From NCBI GenBank assembly GCA_029974275.1, contig JARKSN010000110.1:1-15764 (forward strand): DNA of 15,764 nt. The letters run 5' to 3'. Below, piece after piece: positions 8,427 to 13,551 of the stretch. Source of the stretch: Candidatus Hydrogenedentota bacterium (GTDB taxonomy: Bacteria > Hydrogenedentota > Hydrogenedentia > Hydrogenedentales > SLHB01). A model generated the notes under the pieces. The model searched no databases, was not told the DNA's origin, and saw only the letters and a program-made list of their open reading frames with translations. The translations under genes were made by a program, and so were the position numbers. Each line of letters begins with the position of its first letter. Positions within the stretch are counted from its first letter, which is position 1.

Positions 8427-8457
8427 GATTGCTTCGCTGCGCTGCGCTCGCAATGAC
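8427..8457. repeat. REP-like palindromic element GATTGCTTCGCTGCGCTGCGCTCGCAATGAC
   Basis: Imperfect hairpin (ATTGC...GCAAT) matching the widespread intergenic GATTGCTTCG...CTCGCAATGAC repeat family, recognised from memory; single copy here. Confidence 0.65.
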
Positions 8458-8472
8458 GGCAGGGCAATTCTT

Positions 8473-8555
8473 CTCTGCGAACTCAGCGTTCTCTGCGCCT
8501 CTGCGTTGAGCTCTTCCTTTGTGAACCTCTGTGTCCTTTGTGCCTTTGTGGTGAA
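8473..8555. repeat. Two adjacent quartets of heptamer repeats (CTCWGCG x4; CTYTGTG x4)
   Basis: CTCTGCG 8473, CTCAGCG 8482, CTCTGCG 8491, CTCTGCG 8499; CTTTGTG 8517, CTCTGTG 8527, CTTTGTG 8536, CTTTGTG 8544. Confidence 0.85.
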
Positions 8556-8588
8556 TCCTAAATCCCTCTTAAGAAAGGAAAACACATC

Positions 8589-8786
8589 ATGCTCCCCACC
8601 ACCCCAACGCCCCCTAAACAGAACGTGACGAACTACTCGATCCTATTGTATGGCGCGAGCAAGTGCGGCAAGACCAGCACCGCATCGCAGGCCGACGGCG
8701 CGTTGTTTCTCGCGACCGAGCCCGGCCTGAACACGCTCGAAGTGTATCAATATCTCGGCACGAATTGGGCAGGTCGCTCTAGATAA
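8589..8786 (+). pseudogene. Truncated phage-type AAA_24 / Sak4-like NTP-binding protein (N-terminal ~55 aa only)
   Basis: SD AAAGGA; MLPTTPTPPK...SILLYGASKCGKTS (Walker A) and ALFLATEPGLNTLEVYQ, typical of AAA_24 N-termini. Stops at 65 aa with no Walker B, far shorter than a full domain. Confidence 0.75.
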
Positions 8787-8822
8787 ACAGCGAACTGGTC
8801 TACCGTTCAGGCATAAGCTCCG

Positions 8823-9152
8823 TCAGTCGATCACCACATGTTCAATCCAGGGGCACTCTTTCTGGAGACGCCCAAATACCTTCAACATAATCTCCACGTC
8901 CTCGGGAAATTTTTTCCGGGCTGCCGATACCCCATAGAACTCGATCAAAACAGGATCGGGGCTGAACCCCCAGGCCACGTCCCAGATCGCGTCCCAGTTC
9001 TCACCACAGTCACCGGGCAAACCCAGCTTTCTCTTGAGCAACCCGAAGATGTCAAAACGTGACTTCCACTCTTTCAGGTCAATCCTGATAGGATTCTCCG
9101 TGATCGGTGTGTACGGCATCATCTCGCCGCTAGGCCCTTTTCCCTCAGCCAT
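8823..9152 (-). CDS. Barstar family RNase inhibitor, copy 2 (109 aa)
   Basis: IRIDLKEWKSRFDIFGLLKRKLGLPGDCGENWDAIWD matches barstar L..L.LP..YGENLDALWD. ATG at 9152 with SD GAGGGG; same length as copy 1. Confidence 0.9.
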   Translation of the reverse strand: MAEGKGPSGEMMPYTPITENPIRIDLKEWKSRFDIFGLLKRKLGLPGDCGENWDAIWDVAWGFSPDPVLIEFYGVSAARKKFPEDVEIMLKVFGRLQKECPWIEHVVID

Positions 9153-9172
9153 TGTGCATTTCCCCTCTTCAG

Positions 9173-9244
9173 TTATAGTCCGACTTCCGTGAATGTCAGG
9201 TAATGGCTGTCCATGAAGAGCAACAAACCGGCGATCGGAAACAG
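9173..9244 (-). pseudogene. Diverged orphan copy of the RNase toxin's last 23 codons
   Basis: Reads LFPIAGLLLFMDSHYLTFTEVGL* and aligns without gaps to the toxin end LFSNDGLIFFTDDHYLTFTEIGL* (9605-9676), including the TAA stop. Confidence 0.9.
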
Positions 9245-9250
9245 GCACCT

Positions 9251-9580
9251 TCAATCGATCACAACATACTCAATGTGAGGCCAGCCTCTGTGAAGATCAT
9301 GAAATATCTCCAGCATAATATCCACATCCTCGGGGAATCGTTCCCGGGCTGTAGATACGCCATGAAGTTCGATGGTAACGGGCACATCCGTGAACCCTTT
9401 AGCTAGGTCCCAGATCGCGTCCCAGTTCTCACCGCAGAAATCGGGCAATCCCAACTTCCTCTTGAGCAACCCGAAGATGTCAAAAAGCGACTTCCATTCT
9501 TTCAGGTCGATCCGGATGGGATTCTCCGTGATGGGCCTGTACGCCTTCTCTTCTTCGGTCAGTTCTCTTTTCTTAGGCAT
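9251..9580 (-). CDS. Barstar family RNase inhibitor, copy 1 (109 aa), presumed cognate immunity protein
   Basis: LKRKLGLPDFCGENWDAIWD barstar motif; SD AAGGAG 6 nt before ATG 9580 (alternative ATG 9583); 24 nt downstream of the toxin stop. Confidence 0.92.
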   Translation of the reverse strand: MPKKRELTEEEKAYRPITENPIRIDLKEWKSLFDIFGLLKRKLGLPDFCGENWDAIWDLAKGFTDVPVTIELHGVSTARERFPEDVDIMLEIFHDLHRGWPHIEYVVID

Positions 9581-9604
9581 CATGAACTCCTTCAAACGGA
9601 CCGC

Positions 9605-10243
9605 TTATAGTCCGATTTCTGTAAAGGTCAGGTAATGGTCATCCGTGAAGAAGATCAATCCATCATTTGAAAACAGAATCCTCTTCGCGTTTCGGTAACC
9701 ACCGGCATAATCGACATCCGCCTCATACCATACCCGTCCGGGCGCATCAGGCAGTTTACCTTTCCTATTCTCAAAGACATCTCCGCCAATCATACGCCCC
9801 GGCAGAACCTCAGCCAGATTCCCCTCTTTCCGTATCCAGCCCAATCGCTCGGCCTCTTCCGACGAGATGTAGTACTCAGGGAGTTCGCCATAAACCAGCA
9901 GCCAGTAGTCCGCGCCCTCTTCGCCTCTATCGGTGGCATACCCCGCCTGAATAAACGACAACGTTTCGAGAGTACACCTGCAATTCGGGTGCAATGGCGG
10001 CCCATCCGCCGGGGCGCTGTCCATCGCGTATATTTTACCATGACGCTCCCGGCACGCGGCGCATGCGCGAGAATCCGTTGCGGCGCACCACTCCTTCCAG
10101 CGTGCGCTTTTTCGGCCGGCGCTGTCCGTTTCGTTGCTGCGCCAACAGCCCAGAACGATTCGTATCGCTCTTCGCAGGCGAATGCGATGGTTCTTCGCAA
10201 CCGCATCGATTCGACCGCTTTCCTTTGTTTGTGACATTTGCAT
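9605..10243 (-). CDS. MuF (phage Mu gpF/SPP1 gp7-like) C-terminal motif fused to a barnase-family ribonuclease (212 aa)
   Basis: WCAATDSRACAACRERHGKIY...PPLHPNCRC (~9974-10099) is the MuF signature. The C-terminal ~105 aa (LPEYYIS..EA..LGW....GNLAEVLPGRMIGGDVFENRKGKLP...GRVWYEADVDYAGGYRNAKRILFSNDGLIFFTDDHYLTF) are colinear with barnase. SD AAAGGA 8 nt before ATG; no signal peptide. Confidence 0.92.
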   Translation of the reverse strand: MQMSQTKESGRIDAVAKNHRIRLRRAIRIVLGCWRSNETDSAGRKSARWKEWCAATDSRACAACRERHGKIYAMDSAPADGPPLHPNCRCTLETLSFIQAGYATDRGEEGADYWLLVYGELPEYYISSEEAERLGWIRKEGNLAEVLPGRMIGGDVFENRKGKLPDAPGRVWYEADVDYAGGYRNAKRILFSNDGLIFFTDDHYLTFTEIGL

Positions 10244-10431
10244 CCGTCTTGTCCTTTACGGTTCATACATGTCTTTAGCCCTTTTCCTCTCTGAAAGAAA
10301 CAGCGATAGCGCCCACTATATACATGGCCCCGCTTGTTGCACTGCGAAGCCGGCATATTGCGATCGTCACACCGAAATGAGCCTCCGCGCCAAGGCGTGA
10401 GATACAACGATGGAAACAGGGGATGTCTGCA

Positions 10432-10812
10432 ATGAGAAAATTTTCGCGTTACGTGCGCGCGCAATTGCGAGGTATTTCCACGTTCGACTTGAGGTCGCCA
10501 AGCGTGCGCAAGAACATGGCGTGAACGACACCTGCGAATGATGGAATACGTGCAAATCGCATCGCTTTTCGGATTATGTTTGCCGGAGAAGGCCCGTATG
10601 CCCAAATGCTTGCGAATATGGAGTATCTGGCAAACGATCACGAGCGAATTGCCGCGTTGTATTCTTTTGTGGTCGGCGAGAATCTTGGTTGGCTATATCG
10701 CTGGGCGCGTCTGCCGGTTGCTGACAAAAACGTAGAAAGAGCGATGAGCGGCTTGAATGCGGATGCGCCTCTCATTGATTCAGGAAATGATGGTGCGCCT
10801 GACCTAGCGTGA
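10432..10812 (+). pseudogene. Possible hypothetical gene interrupted by one in-frame TGA
   Basis: ATG 10432 (SD-like AGGGG upstream) MRKFSRYVRAQLRGIS... is in frame with track ORF 10576..10812, broken only by TGA at 10522-10524. No family recognised. Confidence 0.3.
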
Positions 10813-10935
10813 TCGTCCGGAGAAGGGCATCTTTCGCTCGCCGCTGCTGCAGATGTCCGCTGCCGGAACGCGCAAGAAACCCTGGCGAAAATGCTCTCGC
10901 AAGACTGACCCGTAGCCCTAAAAAGTTAAACCGCT

Positions 10936-13395
10936 CTACTTCGATCGCACCGTTATGGCCGCCGTCGATCGCGCGCCCTCCCCCGGCGCGACGTAAACGA
11001 ACATGCTGTCGCCCACGCAGCGGGCGGTCCATTCCGCTTGGGGGGCGTCGATCTCAAACGACGTCTGGCTCTTCTTGAATGGACCAAAACGCAACGAGGC
11101 GATGGGCAAGGGAGCGTCCGCCTCGACTTCCAGCCGGTAGCCGTTGTCAAGGCGCGTGTAGCGCATGCGCACGTGCGCGCTGGCTCCATCCGGCAACGCC
11201 ACGCGCCAGCGCTCGACGCCAAGGGACTCCCAACCGTCGGGAAGCCGGGGGAGGATGCGCAGGCCGCGCTCAGGCCGCAGGTCGTCGATGCCGATGAGCA
11301 GACGGATGCTCTTGACGATTTCCGCTTGGTGAACCGCATTGCCGAGGTCGCCGTCGCGGAACCAGAAGCGTCCCGACGGATGCGCGATCACCCCTTCCGG
11401 CACGAGGTAGTTGTGATCGGCGTGATGATAGCAGAACGCCGCGGCTTCCTCGACGATGGCGCGCGCGTCGACGAGTTGATCCAACAGGATGGCGGTTTGG
11501 GCCAGATATCCTTGGCCATAGCCCATCTCGCGGCCGGAGGCCGGGGTGAAGTAGTCTTCTTTTTGCGCGGCGTACGTGTTGCGGGCCAGTTCGTAAACGT
11601 CCGGGGCATCCACTGCCGGGTCAAGCGTCTCGCAATCGGCCAATGCGAACAAGGGCGCGAAACGTTTGTATTCATAGGTCCAGCAGTCCTCGTTGATATC
11701 GGTAAAAATACGGCCGTGCCGGGGCTGATCGATCACGAACGTATTCATCAAGCCCTGCCATAACGCGTCGGCGCGGCTGCGCCATCGGGCAGCGTCATCC
11801 GTATGTCCCAGCGTCGATGCCAGACGCTCAAAGGCGCGCAGGGCATACGCGGCATAGGTGTTGGAGAACAGATCAAATCCGCCAAAACCTTGGTAAGACG
11901 CCTCTGAGCGCGAGCAGAGCACGCCGTCGAAGCCGGACTCGGCGGGATGGTCCATTTGCCAAACGAACCAATCGGCAGCGTCCTGGAACGCCTTCCAGTT
12001 TTTTTGGACGAAATCCCGGCTCACATGGCCTTTTTGCGCCAGCGCCGCCAGCCCAAGCATGATTGCCCCGTGGCCGTCGTTTTCCTTGGTGATCCCCGCG
12101 CTGGAATCGCCGATCTCCGACGCGTTCATGACGCGCTTCCAGCTTGGGCGGTCGTACTTCGAATTGGCGTCATAGAGAAAATGCAACAGTCGCGCCGCCA
12201 TGCGCGCGGACGTGTCGGCATAGCCCGCGTGAATGGTTTCGGTGAAGACCCGGCCCGTATCCCGGGCGCAGATGAGGGCGTGGTAAGTGCCAACTCCTTC
12301 GCGAAACGTTCCAAACCCGAAGGTGTGGCCGAAACTCGGCGCGCCCCGGGTCGACGTGCGCGGCGTGCCGTCCGGATCCGGCTTGGCGACCGCCATGTCC
12401 TGCACGTTGTGGGCGTACACATTGCCCAGTATGGCCGCATACGGCGAAGCCTCGAAGCGGACGAGAGGTCCCGCGTAGGCTGCGGGGGCGTTTGGGGCGA
12501 CGCGTGCGGGCAACTCGTCACGGAACTGGTACAGCCGGCGTGCGAGACGATCCAAGGCGGGGTAGTACCCCTGCCGCAGAAAATAGAGCTGGTCGTAGAT
12601 GGGGACCGGCAGCGTCTCCTGGGCGTCTGGAGGCGCCGTCACGCCGGTGGCGGCGCTAACCACATAGTGCGCCCGGCGAAAATCCTCATAGCGAATCCAG
12701 ATGCTTTGAATCCGTTTTGGGCGCGGACGAACGCCGAACACATAGCGGAAAGGTTTGGGGCCGTCTGTTTCGCTCACGATCAACGCATCGTCGAGCAGGC
12801 GTCTGGCCGCGGGGTCGGATTCAAACGGCTCGCGGTAGGGGCTGCGAATCTTGTTCAGGCGCTCCTCGCCCGCCTGCAGCGGCGTGAACATCTCGTAGGG
12901 CCACACGTTCACCCCAAAAATGACGGGAAACGTGTCCAACGTGACGTCCGGGTCGTCATAGAAAATCAGGATGCTGCCGATCCGGTCGCCGAGGTATACG
13001 CGGCGGCCATGATCGTGGTAGCGTTCCCAACGGCCCCACCCCTCGTTGCCCTCAGGGCGATCCGTGGTCATGCCCAGAAAGTATACGGCATCGAACTGTC
13101 GGCCAACCGGGATCGGGGCGTACTGGCCTGTCACCATGTTGCGATACCCGTCGCCGTCTTTCACCGGCGAAAAGGGAATGCCAAAGCACTCCACGGTCGC
13201 GCCGGCGTCCGCCTCGACGCCAATCGGATGAAAGCGTTTTGTGATCATCTCTCCCCCTTTGGGCTCAAGCCCCTCTGCCGCCGCAGAGGGATTCCCCGCA
13301 AGGCCAACCATGCCAATCCCCAGCGCCGTCACAAGCCCTAAGGCGCGCACCGCCATCGCTACGCAGCGCACCCCAAAACCGTCTATCGCCTCCAT
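10936..13395 (-). CDS. Secreted protein with a probable six-hairpin (alpha/alpha)6 glycosidase-like domain (~819 aa)
   Basis: Start 13395 after SD GGAGGA (track start 13557 runs through AT-rich intergenic DNA); signal-peptide-like ...RALGLVTALGIGMVGLAGNPSAAA. Motifs ARDTGR, ENDGHG, NTYAAYALRAFERLASTLG....AARWRSRADALWQGL and C-terminal LRILPRLPDGW are typical of (alpha/alpha)6 GH enzymes. Confidence 0.75.
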   Translation of the reverse strand: MEAIDGFGVRCVAMAVRALGLVTALGIGMVGLAGNPSAAAEGLEPKGGEMITKRFHPIGVEADAGATVECFGIPFSPVKDGDGYRNMVTGQYAPIPVGRQFDAVYFLGMTTDRPEGNEGWGRWERYHDHGRRVYLGDRIGSILIFYDDPDVTLDTFPVIFGVNVWPYEMFTPLQAGEERLNKIRSPYREPFESDPAARRLLDDALIVSETDGPKPFRYVFGVRPRPKRIQSIWIRYEDFRRAHYVVSAATGVTAPPDAQETLPVPIYDQLYFLRQGYYPALDRLARRLYQFRDELPARVAPNAPAAYAGPLVRFEASPYAAILGNVYAHNVQDMAVAKPDPDGTPRTSTRGAPSFGHTFGFGTFREGVGTYHALICARDTGRVFTETIHAGYADTSARMAARLLHFLYDANSKYDRPSWKRVMNASEIGDSSAGITKENDGHGAIMLGLAALAQKGHVSRDFVQKNWKAFQDAADWFVWQMDHPAESGFDGVLCSRSEASYQGFGGFDLFSNTYAAYALRAFERLASTLGHTDDAARWRSRADALWQGLMNTFVIDQPRHGRIFTDINEDCWTYEYKRFAPLFALADCETLDPAVDAPDVYELARNTYAAQKEDYFTPASGREMGYGQGYLAQTAILLDQLVDARAIVEEAAAFCYHHADHNYLVPEGVIAHPSGRFWFRDGDLGNAVHQAEIVKSIRLLIGIDDLRPERGLRILPRLPDGWESLGVERWRVALPDGASAHVRMRYTRLDNGYRLEVEADAPLPIASLRFGPFKKSQTSFEIDAPQAEWTARCVGDSMFVYVAPGEGARSTAAITVRSK

Positions 13396-13551
13396 CGCTT
13401 CCTCCAGCGCCCGCGCACCTGAATCCCATCCCAGTACTGTCATTTTTCGAAAAAAATAGACAATCAAATGTTGTTTTATGTGCATATTTTGAATAATATA
13501 TACACGTATTGATTGGTAATAACAAGTCATAATCAAGAGGATGGAATCCCT
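13396..13551. promoter_or_regulatory. AT-rich divergent promoter region between two glycosidase-like genes
   Basis: Strongly AT-rich 13440-13540. Contains TTTTTCGAAAAA palindrome (13443-13454), CAATCAA (13461-13467), TTGATTG (13509-13515) and AATCAA (13531-13536). Confidence 0.6.

Larger units (their letters stand above)
8070..10935. mobile_element. Degenerate tRNA-Pro-integrated island / prophage-like remnant
   Basis: Starts at the tRNA 3' end and is visibly less GC-rich than the flanks. Contains an integrase remnant, a phage ATPase fragment and a MuF-toxin/barstar module. Right boundary uncertain (no tRNA 3' repeat found). Confidence 0.65.

Noticed and set aside
8427..8555. Possible CRISPR array
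   Set aside because: Units are 7 nt with 1-3 nt gaps, no unique spacers and no cas genes.
8400..8585. 61-aa minus ORF with TTKAQRTQR / NAEAQRT repeats
   Set aside because: Simply the translation of the heptamer and REP-like repeats; no coding evidence.
8755..8790. CTAG-containing junction as an IS end
   Set aside because: No matching inverted repeat or transposase found in the window.
9153..9254. 34-aa N-terminal extension of barstar 2 (track start 9254)
   Set aside because: The region is the toxin-tail remnant in another frame; ATG 9152 has an SD and gives the same length as barstar 1.
9790..10641. 283-aa minus ORF as a frameshifted N-terminal part of a longer MuF protein
   Set aside because: No MuF-like or other recognisable sequence, and the toxin has its own SD and ATG at 10243. 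A profile search would be needed to exclude it fully.
10813..10935. att repeat of the tRNA 3' end at the right island boundary; also CAAGACTGACCC resembling a transposase-associated REP end
   Set aside because: No copy of CCACTCACCCCGACCA seen by eye; the 12-mer is single and too short to support a call.
11038..13341. Plus-strand ORFs 11038..11763 and 11947..13341
   Set aside because: Antisense shadows of the six-hairpin glycosidase-like gene.
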